A stretch of 64,000 nucleotides of DNA from NCBI GenBank assembly GCA_030141605.1, contig JAQGDQ010000216.1:228259-292258 (forward strand), read 5' to 3'. Position 1 is the first letter of the stretch, and each line of letters starts with the position of its first letter. Position numbers and translations under genes: made by a program. Source of the stretch: Tubiluchus corallicola. Its lineage: Eukaryota > Animalia > Priapulida. The notes beneath the pieces are model-generated. The model was not told the origin of the DNA, did not search any database, and worked only from the letters and a program-made list of their open reading frames with translations. Below are positions 39,569-49,081 of this stretch, piece after piece.

Positions 39569-40000
39569 TCAGTTTAAACATACACTTAGCAGTTGTTTTT
39601 TTGTGTTGCTATTACGTTCGATAGCTTTAAATTGTTTAATGAGTTTTTGTAGTTCTTTGAGGTTGTACTTGTGAAGATCCTTGTGGTAAACGGAGCTTTT
39701 AATCATCCATTTGTTAAACCTATCGTAATTTCCTTGTGCTAGTTCGGGGAATAGTGCATCGGTGGCTATGGTGAGTACTGTGCTGCGTAGTTTTTTAAGT
39801 GTTTTGTGTTTTTTGGTTTGCTTTATCTGCTCTTGAAGTGCTTTGATGAGGTTTTGTAGTTCTTCTTCCGAGAGTTGCTTGAGGCTCTCTACTCCGTAGT
39901 CATCCTTTATAGCATCTTTCACTACCTGGCTGTACTCTCCACTACCTACAATGGCGTGGAACCTCCTTATAAGTTGTGGTTTTTTAGTAGTTGTTCTCAT
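39569..40000 (-). CDS. Mu GemA-like early protein
   Basis: RRFHA...YGVESLKQLS..EL..LI...LRS.VL...EL.KLIKQF.AI; end of the early operon. Confidence 0.55.
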   Translation of the reverse strand: MRTTTKKPQLIRRFHAIVGSGEYSQVVKDAIKDDYGVESLKQLSEEELQNLIKALQEQIKQTKKHKTLKKLRSTVLTIATDALFPELAQGNYDRFNKWMIKSSVYHKDLHKYNLKELQKLIKQFKAIERNSNTKKQLLSVCLN

Positions 40001-40040
40001 TTTTTTTTAAGTTGATTAAAATAATAGGAATTAGTAACTG

Positions 40041-40661
40041 TTATATGTTGCTAAAGTTGAGTTCTATATTTTGGTACTCTCCTGATTTACTTTTTACCCA
40101 TATCCGTAGGTATTGCTTGCTGCTGATTACGCGGATGGCTTTTTCTATGAGATCTAAGGCAGTGTGAAATTGTGGGTTTTTTATTTTGGTGCGGTAACGT
40201 AGAAGTGCTGTTATTTTTTTTACGTCTAACTTTCCTCTGCTGGTTTCGAAGGCGTTCATTACTAGTTGTTTTACTACCTCGTTTTCGCTGTTTATGTTGT
40301 TGCTGATGAATTGGTTGAGTAGTGTTTTGGCTTGCTCTATGAGGTTGTCGTCGAACTCTTGTCGGTCGTTGATGTTGAGCTCGAGCTTTACGTCGCGGTT
40401 GAAGCTGTAGAGTGTGTAGTTGCCTTTGCGTTGTTCTATGCTTATACCGTTTTCTGCCATTTCTTCTAAATAGCTGTTGTGGCTTGCATCCATTGCGTAT
40501 AGTTTGAAGTCGCTTAGTTTTTTGGAAAGTTGTTGTGCCTCCTTTACGAGTTTGGCAAGTAACCGTTCTTTTTTCTTTTCGCTTTTTGTTACTCTGTTTA
40601 TAGGTATGGCGTTTCCTTGCTCATCTTCCCATATCTTTTCTTTGTTGGTGTGTAGTTTCAT
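40041..40661 (-). CDS. DUF3164-family Mu-like early protein
   Basis: KGNYTLYSF, FDD....AK.L, SK.Y.R.W.K...GEY..I.LNFS. Confidence 0.8.
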   Translation of the reverse strand: MKLHTNKEKIWEDEQGNAIPINRVTKSEKKKERLLAKLVKEAQQLSKKLSDFKLYAMDASHNSYLEEMAENGISIEQRKGNYTLYSFNRDVKLELNINDRQEFDDNLIEQAKTLLNQFISNNINSENEVVKQLVMNAFETSRGKLDVKKITALLRYRTKIKNPQFHTALDLIEKAIRVISSKQYLRIWVKSKSGEYQNIELNFSNI

Positions 40662-40677
40662 AGTTATTTGTTAATAA

Positions 40678-40926
40678 TTAGTTAATAATTGTAGCTATGT
40701 ATGTTCCTGTTATTGCTCCGCTTGCTGCCCCAAGTGCATAAACAATGCGTTGCAGGTCGTTGTGCATAGCCATTTTCTTTACCTTGGTAGCCCATAGGTA
40801 GCTTATGGCAAAGGAGCATATACCTAAACCTATCCAATGGAGGTTGGCAATAAAATAGGTGTTGCCTGCCACGAATAGTACTTGTAAAAAAGCTGTGGCA
40901 AATAGTTTACATAGTTTTTTGTTCAT
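40678..40926 (-). CDS. Small membrane protein
   Basis: 82 aa, three hydrophobic segments. Confidence 0.6.
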   Translation of the reverse strand: MNKKLCKLFATAFLQVLFVAGNTYFIANLHWIGLGICSFAISYLWATKVKKMAMHNDLQRIVYALGAASGAITGTYIATIIN

Positions 40927-41007
40927 AATAGCTAAATGTTTTATAGTGTTTCCATTTGTTATAAAATTTGCTGTATTGGTTTATGGCATCCAGCCATAGC
41001 GCATTGA

Positions 41008-41211
41008 TTAGTTTTTTTTAGTATTTAAAATTCGTTTATAGTTGATCTTTTTGTAGTTTAACAATGTGCGGTAGCTTATAAAAAATCTGTCTTTTATAAA
41101 GACTCTCCAAATACGACTATCGGGATAGTCTTGATTTTGATTCTTGGCTTCTAAGTATGCATCCATTACCAGTTGCACCCTTTTTGCATAGTTGTACTTT
41201 TTTAAGTCCAT
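41008..41211 (-). CDS. Small basic HTH-like protein, candidate late activator
   Basis: IWR..I...F.ISYRTLLNY pattern. Confidence 0.5.
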   Translation of the reverse strand: MDLKKYNYAKRVQLVMDAYLEAKNQNQDYPDSRIWRVFIKDRFFISYRTLLNYKKINYKRILNTKKN

Positions 41212-41212
41212 A

Positions 41213-41815
41213 TTACATTATGTTTTTAGATCCTTGATCCCATACCGTATAGGGCTCTCCGCCGCCATACCGGCTGAGGCAGTTGGCAACATACCCCTCG
41301 ACCCTCACCTTCACCGAGGCGTCGTAGCGTATCATGTTCGCAAGCCTCCCTGCTGGCATCGCACCATCGGCGTGGGAAACCCAGACAAACAGCTTGTCGG
41401 GAAATTCCGACAACAGATGCTTGTAACCACTGCTGTCGCACCCGCTATACTGTAAGCTATCTACAATTACAACCTTGGGGCCTCTGGGACGTTTTAACAC
41501 TAATTGAATGTCGTTAAAACAGCATTTATCAAATATTTTAATATTGCGACAGCCACCCAGTTCGTTGCGTTGGACAGCCTTCTTCATAGATAGCGACACC
41601 CCCTCCTCCAAACTATTATAAGCAACTTTTACATGCCTGGACAACTCCTTTGCAAGTTGCAGCGCAAATGAGGTTTTACCATTAAAAGAGCTGCCCCATA
41701 TTATCCAGCTGCCCCGAACTTCGGGGCGGCCTATTGCCTTGTTGAACTTTGGAGAAAGATCCAAACCTTTAAACCTTTTTTTCAACAACTCGTTTGTCGT
41801 GATACTCCTCTTCAT
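41213..41815 (-). CDS. RecA/RadA-like ATP-binding protein
   Basis: WGSSFNGKTS, YNSLEEG, IVDSLQY. Confidence 0.85.
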   Translation of the reverse strand: MKRSITTNELLKKRFKGLDLSPKFNKAIGRPEVRGSWIIWGSSFNGKTSFALQLAKELSRHVKVAYNSLEEGVSLSMKKAVQRNELGGCRNIKIFDKCCFNDIQLVLKRPRGPKVVIVDSLQYSGCDSSGYKHLLSEFPDKLFVWVSHADGAMPAGRLANMIRYDASVKVRVEGYVANCLSRYGGGEPYTVWDQGSKNIM

Positions 41816-41825
41816 AACACTCTTT

Positions 41826-42701
41826 TTATCTCCCTGAATACTCTTTCTTCAACTCTATACCCACCCTGCGGAGGCTACCATCGGTTGCGGCATACAGCTC
41901 TTTGAGGTCCCGCTTCGTATTATTTGCTTTCCCAAGCAACGCCACCTGCTGAAAAGCAAACTCCCTCTGAGCTTCCGCTCCATCCGGGGTAACCCTCTGA
42001 AACCTCTTGCCAAATCGACTGAATATCTCAGCATACCCCACCTTCTGACAACTCACATTTCTCTCTATCTTTGCCCTCAGTCCGTTTGCCCCCATCATAT
42101 ACCACCCGCAATGTCCCTCCGTGGCATTCCACAACGCCTTTAGCTCCAAAAAAGCAGGATAATTGAGATCCCCAGCCTCATCAAGTATGATCAAAGGTGG
42201 TACCTCCGTAGACTGTAGGTAATAAACCAAATCTTCATACACATCGGCATACCTCCCCATATTCTCAATACCAAACTCCTGAGCCATCTTCCGGATCAAC
42301 TGCTGCTTAAACTTCACCTGTGAACAATCTACATATATCGCATTGCGGTGAGACCTTACATACACCCTTGCCGTATAGCTCTTACCTATATCCGCACTAT
42401 CGCACAAAAGTGCTGACAAACCATTACTTTGGCAGGAGGATAGCTGTGATGTAACAAAGTTGTATACCGGTGTCTTGGCAGTATGCCAGACACGCTCCTC
42501 CCTAAGCTGAACATCCAGCCTGCGGGCTATCGCCAGCCACTTGCCATCCGAAAGCACCTTTTCAAACCTGCCCTGCTTAACTTGTGAAAGCACACCAGGG
42601 GCAACTCCAAGAGCCGTAGATTGCGACCTGTCACTGCTGTAGTTGTGCCTATCTGCAACGATGGCCTTTACTATCTTCTCTTTTATTCCCGTTCCAATCA
42701 T
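41826..42701 (-). CDS. MuB-like AAA+ transposition ATPase
   Basis: ADIGKS Walker A, IILDEAG Walker B, LKALWNATE; follows the transposase. Confidence 0.9.
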   Translation of the reverse strand: MIGTGIKEKIVKAIVADRHNYSSDRSQSTALGVAPGVLSQVKQGRFEKVLSDGKWLAIARRLDVQLREERVWHTAKTPVYNFVTSQLSSCQSNGLSALLCDSADIGKSYTARVYVRSHRNAIYVDCSQVKFKQQLIRKMAQEFGIENMGRYADVYEDLVYYLQSTEVPPLIILDEAGDLNYPAFLELKALWNATEGHCGWYMMGANGLRAKIERNVSCQKVGYAEIFSRFGKRFQRVTPDGAEAQREFAFQQVALLGKANNTKRDLKELYAATDGSLRRVGIELKKEYSGR

Positions 42702-42717
42702 CTTTACTATATTTTGT

Positions 42718-44754
42718 TTATATAGAATTACTACCTATACTCGCGTACTTCTCCACATCTAAATCGTTCACCTGTAGATCTTCCCCCGCAAACTCTGCCA
42801 CTGCACTATCCCCGCCTATCCTCCCAATACTTTTCGAATGTGGTAAACTTGCAAGATCTGAAAGTACCATCTTGCTCTCCTTCGCCATCTTATCAAACCT
42901 GGCATTATACGCCAGCTGCTCTCTATATCTTCTTTCGTCATGCTCGGTCCATTCAGCTTTGGCGCGGTTGAACCTCCTGACTCTCTCACAACAATCTATC
43001 AGCTTCCCTTTTTGATACAGATATACCTTGGGAACACTGCCATCTTTGCTTGGCAACCAATAGGCAGTGACCTTTGTATTATTTGACGACAACCTCTTCA
43101 GAACTTCGGGTGCAGACAACATGTACTTCTCGTAATTAACTGTGCAGTAGCTGCTGCGTCTTATGCTTGTATCGCGGCTCTCCCCAAAATGATACGCCAC
43201 CACAGAATCGTTATAAACCGGAAGGTTTGGATTTAGATTGTCGAAAAATACCTCCATCCTGCTCATCCCCAGGTACCGCTTTTTATTTGGATGAAGCTCG
43301 CTGTTATAAGCATTTATCGTAAGTACATCGTTGGCCACTATCTCCTCGAATGGCTCCAGCTTATACTTATAATTATCATTACTTTCGTCAAACACCCTCT
43401 TATTATCAACTATATTGGCAGACAACTTGCTATAGTGCCGCCCTGTCCTGCCTATCATATCTTTCTCTGTCCCATACTTCTTATTACGTATAAGCCTCTC
43501 GGCATACTTCTCCTGCGAATTGCCAGGCCTGCACCAGTGTATCTTTGGGAATATAGCACCCTCTTTAAATGCTCCCTCCCTGTAGTTGCCTACAAGGTGG
43601 TGCTCCACCTCCATTTCGAGCGGAAAGCCCACACCGTGCTCGTAGAGCCAGCCAAACATGCTTCTCATACACCCCTCCAGCAGCCCAGCATCCTTCCTCA
43701 AACTGTGCGCATGCCCGATTATCGCCCCGCTCAAAACATCAAAAGCATAATAGGCCTTTACCTTGTTGCCATTTGCTAGCCTGCTCCACATTATATCCCT
43801 GTCATCAATACTCACTTTACTCATTGAATAATGCGGTGCGTGACGATGTATATGCGGACGGTAGTTGTACCTGAAATATTCGTTGCTCTGCCTCTTTAAC
43901 TCCACCGCTATCTTGTTCGTATGTTTATGGTAATAGTTGGCAACAGTGGTTACGCTTATCACCACTGGCTTGCCATTTTTCCTGTAATCCTTGGGATCAA
44001 AATACTCGCCGCTCCTTCTGTCATACACCTCAAACTCACCTACCAAAAATAGACTGTAAAGCTCGTGAACACGCTCTATAAAAGGCTTTTGTGGCAAAGT
44101 GAAAAGCGATAAAAGCAAACGCTCTATCTTTGCATCCACCTTTCTATTGTTCTGGTTGCGGTACCCCTTATGTATAAAACAGACATAACCCTCCTTTTGG
44201 TACAACTTGGCTTTATCTCTCAGCCTTCTCTCGTTAGTAGGTAGCGAATGCCTGTATATGGATCTGTCTAGGGCGTTGACATATCCGCTTATCTGTTGCC
44301 ATACACTCGTTGTCTTTGCTCCCATTGCCCTTCTTCTATCTACTTTTTTGCCTGCCAGTTTTATCACAGCGTTCAATATCTCAGCATTGGCCCTGTACTC
44401 CCTCTGCCGATCAAAAGGTATAGTATCACTCCCGCCTGTATAATCTCGAAAACTATAATTTGCAAAAAACTCCCCCGCCTTTTCGTCCGGCTCTAGCAAT
44501 GTCGCGAAATATGACACCGTGCTCTCATCATAGGGATTGCCAAGCTGAGCCTCTATCTTCTCTTTAAACCTCGCCGGTATACTGTCATACACAACCCAAG
44601 CCCTCCGCCCGTTGCCACCTTTCATTAATCTGTCTATAATGCCTCGTTGTGTCAATGCTCTATAGTTATAAATAGTTATAATATTGCCATCTCCATACAG
44701 CCAATTAGCAGCTACGCACATTACACCTTTTATATATTGTAGTGGTTGATCCAT
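42718..44754 (-). CDS. MuA-like DDE transposase
   Basis: SKVSIDD, YYAFDV.SG..IG, EVEHHL, NSQEKYAE; ATG coupled to the upstream stop (TAATG). Confidence 0.9.
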   Translation of the reverse strand: MDQPLQYIKGVMCVAANWLYGDGNIITIYNYRALTQRGIIDRLMKGGNGRRAWVVYDSIPARFKEKIEAQLGNPYDESTVSYFATLLEPDEKAGEFFANYSFRDYTGGSDTIPFDRQREYRANAEILNAVIKLAGKKVDRRRAMGAKTTSVWQQISGYVNALDRSIYRHSLPTNERRLRDKAKLYQKEGYVCFIHKGYRNQNNRKVDAKIERLLLSLFTLPQKPFIERVHELYSLFLVGEFEVYDRRSGEYFDPKDYRKNGKPVVISVTTVANYYHKHTNKIAVELKRQSNEYFRYNYRPHIHRHAPHYSMSKVSIDDRDIMWSRLANGNKVKAYYAFDVLSGAIIGHAHSLRKDAGLLEGCMRSMFGWLYEHGVGFPLEMEVEHHLVGNYREGAFKEGAIFPKIHWCRPGNSQEKYAERLIRNKKYGTEKDMIGRTGRHYSKLSANIVDNKRVFDESNDNYKYKLEPFEEIVANDVLTINAYNSELHPNKKRYLGMSRMEVFFDNLNPNLPVYNDSVVAYHFGESRDTSIRRSSYCTVNYEKYMLSAPEVLKRLSSNNTKVTAYWLPSKDGSVPKVYLYQKGKLIDCCERVRRFNRAKAEWTEHDERRYREQLAYNARFDKMAKESKMVLSDLASLPHSKSIGRIGGDSAVAEFAGEDLQVNDLDVEKYASIGSNSI

Positions 44755-44939
44755 TAACCTATGTGATCCCTTACTACTTTTACTGCCTGCTGCTCCCGAC
44801 ACTTTACGATGTGTCGATAAACCCTCATTACTCTCTCATTTGACTTGTTCCCATTTATAACAGCACTTACATAACCCAAACTATAACCTGTGGCTTGAGC
44901 TATCGCACCTACATCGCCTTTTTTTAGTCCTGATTTCAT
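44754..44939 (-). CDS. Ner/Cro-like HTH regulator
   Basis: IAQATGYS.GYVSAVING; first gene of the early operon, divergent from the repressor. Confidence 0.75.
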   Translation of the reverse strand: MKSGLKKGDVGAIAQATGYSLGYVSAVINGNKSNERVMRVYRHIVKCREQQAVKVVRDHIG

Positions 44940-45152
44940 TTTTTTTTTATATTATTTACTTAAATTTGTTCGTTTGGCCTTAAAAAAAAATAAGAGACTT
45001 TTGTTTGTTGCTACTGCCTTGCGGCCTATTTTTTTTTGCGCGTTTAGATCAAAAATCAACAAAAATGAGTCTTTTTAAAAATTAAAGAAGTAAATATATT
45101 AGAGTAATTTCTAAAATACAAATAAAAAATTAGATTTTTTTCAAAATATTTT

Positions 45153-45671
45153 ATGAAAACATCCGAAAGAATCCTGCAGTTTATTGATGATCAAAATATC
45201 ACAAAAACAGAAGTTTATAATAAAACCGGAATTTCAAATGGTGCTCTGGATAAAAAAAGCAATCTCAGAAGTGATAACTTAGAAAAGATTCTACTTTTTT
45301 ACAACATTAATCCCGAATGGTTATTAACAGGGCGTGGTGAAATGTTGAAAAGCTGTGAAAAAAACTACTTGATAGATTTGCGGGACATATTTAAACTTGA
45401 TGACATTTCACAAAACAAAGCCACCTTAACTAAATTGAAAAAAAAAATTACCCAATACATCACTAATAATTATAATGTTGATGGCAATAACAATATTGTT
45501 GACGCTATAATAAGTGATGGAGCTACTGTGTATCAAAAATCTAATACCAACAACTCAACAGACACCAGCTTACAAAAAGAAGTAAAGCTCAAAAATGAGC
45601 TAATAGAGCAGTTGCAAGCGCAATTGAAAGACAAAGACACTATAATTGAACTGCTCGCAAAAAAAACCTAA
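45153..45671 (+). CDS. Phage repressor (HTH_XRE)
   Basis: TGISNG.L...INPEWLLTGRGEM; C-terminal coiled coil; no S24 autocleavage domain. Confidence 0.88.
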   Translation: MKTSERILQFIDDQNITKTEVYNKTGISNGALDKKSNLRSDNLEKILLFYNINPEWLLTGRGEMLKSCEKNYLIDLRDIFKLDDISQNKATLTKLKKKITQYITNNYNVDGNNNIVDAIISDGATVYQKSNTNNSTDTSLQKEVKLKNELIEQLQAQLKDKDTIIELLAKKT

Positions 45672-45883
45672 CTCTCCCTCTACACACATACGAATTGTGC
45701 ACTGATATATTAATGACTTGTGGTAAAAACCATAAGCCACTAATAGACAGGCATATCTTTAACACACAGTTTTTAAAGCTTTTCCCTTGTGTCGCTTTGA
45801 GCAATTATAAGGCTAAAAAAAGGCTTTAAACAGTGTTTTTATGTCGTTTTCAAGTGGTTTAAAGCCCCTTTTTTGTGGTCAAA

Positions 45884-45919
45884 TGTGTATCCAACTGTAT
45901 ATCCAACTGTATACCCAAC
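45884..45919 (+). repeat. 3 x 12-bp direct repeat near the prophage end
   Basis: TGTGTATCCAAC TGTATATCCAAC TGTATACCCAAC. Confidence 0.85.
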
Positions 45920-46121
45920 TATTTTTTAGACTGTTTTTTTGCATAAAAAAAGGGGGCTTTTTACCCCCTGTATAGGCTGTTTTTTGCCTGTATATTACCG
46001 TGTGTCATTGCTGTTATATCTATGTTTTAAGGCTTATTAGGCTGTTTGTATGGCTTATATTAGCATATAGGTAGGTTCTGTTACATATCTGCTTTAAAAA
46101 TTAGTGGTAAAATAGCATAAA

Positions 46122-46237
46122 TGTACATTTCGTTTTGCTGGGCTTGTTTTTATATATAGGCTGTATCCCTTATAAACAGTGGTTTTTGCTGCTGTTTTGT
46201 TATTTGCTTATATGTACGTTTTGTTTTGTCCCTTATA
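46122..46237 (-). repeat. Prophage right end with two putative transposase-binding sites
   Basis: TGTACATTTCGTTTTG (46122-46137) and TGTACGTTTTGTTTTGTCCCTTATA (46213-46237). Confidence 0.8.
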
Positions 46238-46332
46238 CTAAATCCCTCATTTATGTCGATAAGGGGTGGTTTATTGTTGACCTTTTTCTCAATATTGACC
46301 AATATATTTCACTTTGTAGAGATATAGTTGCG

Positions 46333-46932
46333 CTATTTGAGTAGGAGTGTGAGTAGGAATGGGGTAAAGATTGTTAGTACTATGCCACTGAAGATTGCTA
46401 TTATGGCATATTCCTTTCCTGAGTATTTAGTGATTATAGGCAAGGAGGTATCCATAGAGGTAGCCCCTCCCGATGCTATGATAGCAAATTTGCCAAAAAA
46501 TCTGATAAGCAAAGGTGCAGCAATAAGTGTAATAACCTCTCGCATAATATTGGACAGGAGTGCTATTATGCCTAGCGCTTCGCTATGCATACTGCTAATC
46601 AAGACGCTTGATAAGCTGTACCATCCAAAGCCACTTCCTACTATTACAGCCTCAAGAAGAGATGTGTTTGGTAACAGGAGAGAGGCCAGTGCTGTTCCTG
46701 CCAGTGTTCCAATTACTATTCCGGGAGGGATCAAAAATATTCTCAGATTCATAGAAAGGATTAGTTTAAATGATTTTCTATCGGCACCTATGCCTACGCC
46801 TACCAAGTACATCAGGGCGTATAGAGCGTAATTGCTATATCCTCCTTCTACAATGAAACAGGGCAGTATGTTGCAAAGCCCTAAGGCAATGCCTAGCATA
46901 AAAAGTATTAATATGGTGATGCTATTTTTCAA
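46333..46932 (-). CDS. Lysine exporter LysO (YbjE/DUF340) family, large part
   Basis: GFGWYSLS, NIMRE, GGATSMDTSLP. Confidence 0.9.
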   Translation of the reverse strand: MKNSITILILFMLGIALGLCNILPCFIVEGGYSNYALYALMYLVGVGIGADRKSFKLILSMNLRIFLIPPGIVIGTLAGTALASLLLPNTSLLEAVIVGSGFGWYSLSSVLISSMHSEALGIIALLSNIMREVITLIAAPLLIRFFGKFAIIASGGATSMDTSLPIITKYSGKEYAIIAIFSGIVLTIFTPFLLTLLLK

Positions 46933-47053
46933 TTTTCTGTTTCTAATATTTATGGTTTTGCTTTAAAAATATGGATAAACTTATGATTAGTGAGATTGAG
47001 AGCAGTTTTTATCGCAATGAGTAATCAGGAGATGGCAGTATGCAGGGTTACAG

Positions 47054-47326
47054 TCATTTAAAATGGAAGAAGTATCTGTAAATCAGCCAGCAGATAAAAA
47101 TACTACCGGCAATAGCACCTATTGTTATGGTAAGTGCTTCTATTCCAATTGTTTTTATGTTAGACATGATATGCTTGTTTACTCCTACAGAGATGCCTAG
47201 TAGAAAAAGGAGAAGAAAGATAGCAGTAGAGCTTAGTATTTTGGATATTCTGATTGTTGCGTTTTGCTTGCGAAGCAAGGCGCCTGTTAGTATTCCTGCT
47301 ATAATGAGAATGAGCACAGTAGTCAT
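47054..47326 (-). CDS. LysO-family small membrane subunit
   Basis: LLLFLLGISVG.N; precedes the large part. Confidence 0.8.
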   Translation of the reverse strand: MTTVLILIIAGILTGALLRKQNATIRISKILSSTAIFLLLFLLGISVGVNKHIMSNIKTIGIEALTITIGAIAGSIFICWLIYRYFFHFK

Positions 47327-47358
47327 ATTTACTTGATTTTTTTAAGTTTTATGCTATA

Positions 47359-48714
47359 CAATAGTTCGTTAAACATTTACATAAATATCTGACAATCAAT
47401 AAAATAAATATTGAAAAAATTAGGATAATCCCCTGATAATCAGTATCTTAAAGTTGTTTTTGACCGACAATTTTAGACATGATTATCAAGGAAATATCAA
47501 GATATAAAGATCAGGTAAAAATGATTTTAAACCAAATGGAAGGAATAAATAAGTGGCAATTCGATTTTATGCTAGACATCTTCGGACTATTTCTTAGTAT
47601 CAAAGGAAAGATGAACTTTCTTCAATTTGGTAGATATGGAAATCACTGTGAGCAACGTTATAGATATCAATTTGAAAAAGGGTTTGATTTTATGACTTTT
47701 AACAAAGAGTCGGTAATCCATTACGCAAGCAACCATCAAGCCATAGCCTTTGATCCAAGCTATATAAGCAAGTCAGGAAAGCATACATCTGGGGCTGGTT
47801 ACTTTTGGTCAGGATGTGCCGGCAAAACAAAATGGGGCTTAGAGATTGCAGGAATAGTAGCCGTTGATATTGATAATCATACAGCTTTTCATTTAGAAGC
47901 TATTCAAACCCCTAATAATCTTGAAGCAGAAAGTCTGGTTGATCATTACGCAAATGTTTTGATTCAACGCAAGGACAATCTGTTATGTGTATCAAAATAC
48001 GTTTTGGCAGATGCCTATTTTTCAAAGAATAAGTTTGTAACCAAGCTTTGCGAAAATGGATTTGAAGTGATTAGTCGCCTGAGAGATGATGCTAACTTAC
48101 AATACAAATTTTATGGTCAGCAAAAAGCTGGTAGAGGAAGACCTAGAAAATATGAAGGAAAGATTGACTTTGATAATTTAAAATCAAAATATTTTGAATG
48201 CTTTGAGCAAAACGAAAAATGCAAAATATACGGAGCAACAGTTTATGCAAAATCATTAAAACGAGATGTTAATCTTGTTGTTGTTTTTACAAAAGGAACA
48301 TCCCGAAAGTGGTCTCACAAGTTATACTTCTCTACTGATTTGCAAATGAAAGCCGAGACGATTCTTGAATATTATCAAGCCAGATTCCAGATTGAGTTCA
48401 TTTACAGAGATGCAAAACAATATACCGGATTGAAAGACTGTCAGGCAAGAAGTGAAAATAAATTACATTTTCATTTTAATGCGTCTCTTACTGCAGTCAA
48501 TTTGGCCAAGATTAACCACTGGTTAGCTATACCAAAAATCAATAGAAATGCTTTTTCTATGGCCGATATAAAAACAATGTATCACAATGAATTACTGCTA
48601 AATAGATTTTTTAGCGTGTTCGCGGTGAGACCAAACTTAACCAAAAATAAATCCAAAATCAGAGAATTAATAACTTACGGCACTATCGCTGCATGATTAT
48701 TTAACGAACTATTG
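47359..48714 (+). mobile_element. Insertion sequence, IS4-superfamily (IS701/ISH3-like), 1356 bp
   Basis: Perfect 15-bp IR CAATAGTTCGTTAAA / TTTAACGAACTATTG; 5-bp target duplication CTATA. Confidence 0.92.
47479..48696 (+). CDS. DDE transposase
   Basis: IAFDPS, VLADAYF, Y..RFQIEF.YRDAKQ (YREK motif). Confidence 0.93.
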   Translation: MIIKEISRYKDQVKMILNQMEGINKWQFDFMLDIFGLFLSIKGKMNFLQFGRYGNHCEQRYRYQFEKGFDFMTFNKESVIHYASNHQAIAFDPSYISKSGKHTSGAGYFWSGCAGKTKWGLEIAGIVAVDIDNHTAFHLEAIQTPNNLEAESLVDHYANVLIQRKDNLLCVSKYVLADAYFSKNKFVTKLCENGFEVISRLRDDANLQYKFYGQQKAGRGRPRKYEGKIDFDNLKSKYFECFEQNEKCKIYGATVYAKSLKRDVNLVVVFTKGTSRKWSHKLYFSTDLQMKAETILEYYQARFQIEFIYRDAKQYTGLKDCQARSENKLHFHFNASLTAVNLAKINHWLAIPKINRNAFSMADIKTMYHNELLLNRFFSVFAVRPNLTKNKSKIRELITYGTIAA

Positions 48715-48834
48715 CTATAAAGATATTAATAAATATATTCCAAATATTGTGCTGTTTTGTGTGTAGGTCTAAAAGGTTATATAGTGAGGGTGGTGTGTCA
48801 GTAAATATGGTAGTTGTTGATAATTTTATTTTGT

Positions 48835-48964
48835 GAGACCTGCCTTTGCATCCCTCATTTTTATTAACATTTTTGCCGAGCTCTCTTCATTTATCAGCAA
48901 GCTATAGTTTTTCATCGGGTTTTTTCTCAGTCTGGACTAAAATCTCTTGCTTTGCAAAGGCTTC
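48835..48964 (+). repeat. Degenerate dispersed repeat, copy B
   Basis: GAGACC..CCTTTGCA ... TTTGCAAAGGCTTC inverted ends; interior similar to 800-933. Confidence 0.6.
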
Positions 48965-49081
48965 ATTGTTCTGGAAATTAGTAGTGAGCTTAAGTGTCTG
49001 CTTTAAGTTGCTTGTTTATTTTTTGCAGCCTTATATTAATTTCATTATTATTGTTAGTAATTGCAAAAAATATAAAGGGTT

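Larger units (their letters stand above)
4370..46237. mobile_element. Mu-like transposable prophage (contractile tail), ~41.9 kb
   Basis: Repressor, Ner-like, MuA-like DDE transposase, MuB-like ATPase, terminase, portal, MuF, capsid, sheath, tube, tape measure, baseplate, fibre and lysis genes; terminal imperfect inverted repeats. Confidence 0.92.

Noticed and set aside
4370-46237. Complete DGR within the prophage
   Set aside because: No reverse transcriptase, Avd or TR/VR pair found
46328-46831. 167-aa + strand ORF
   Set aside because: Antisense shadow of the LysO gene
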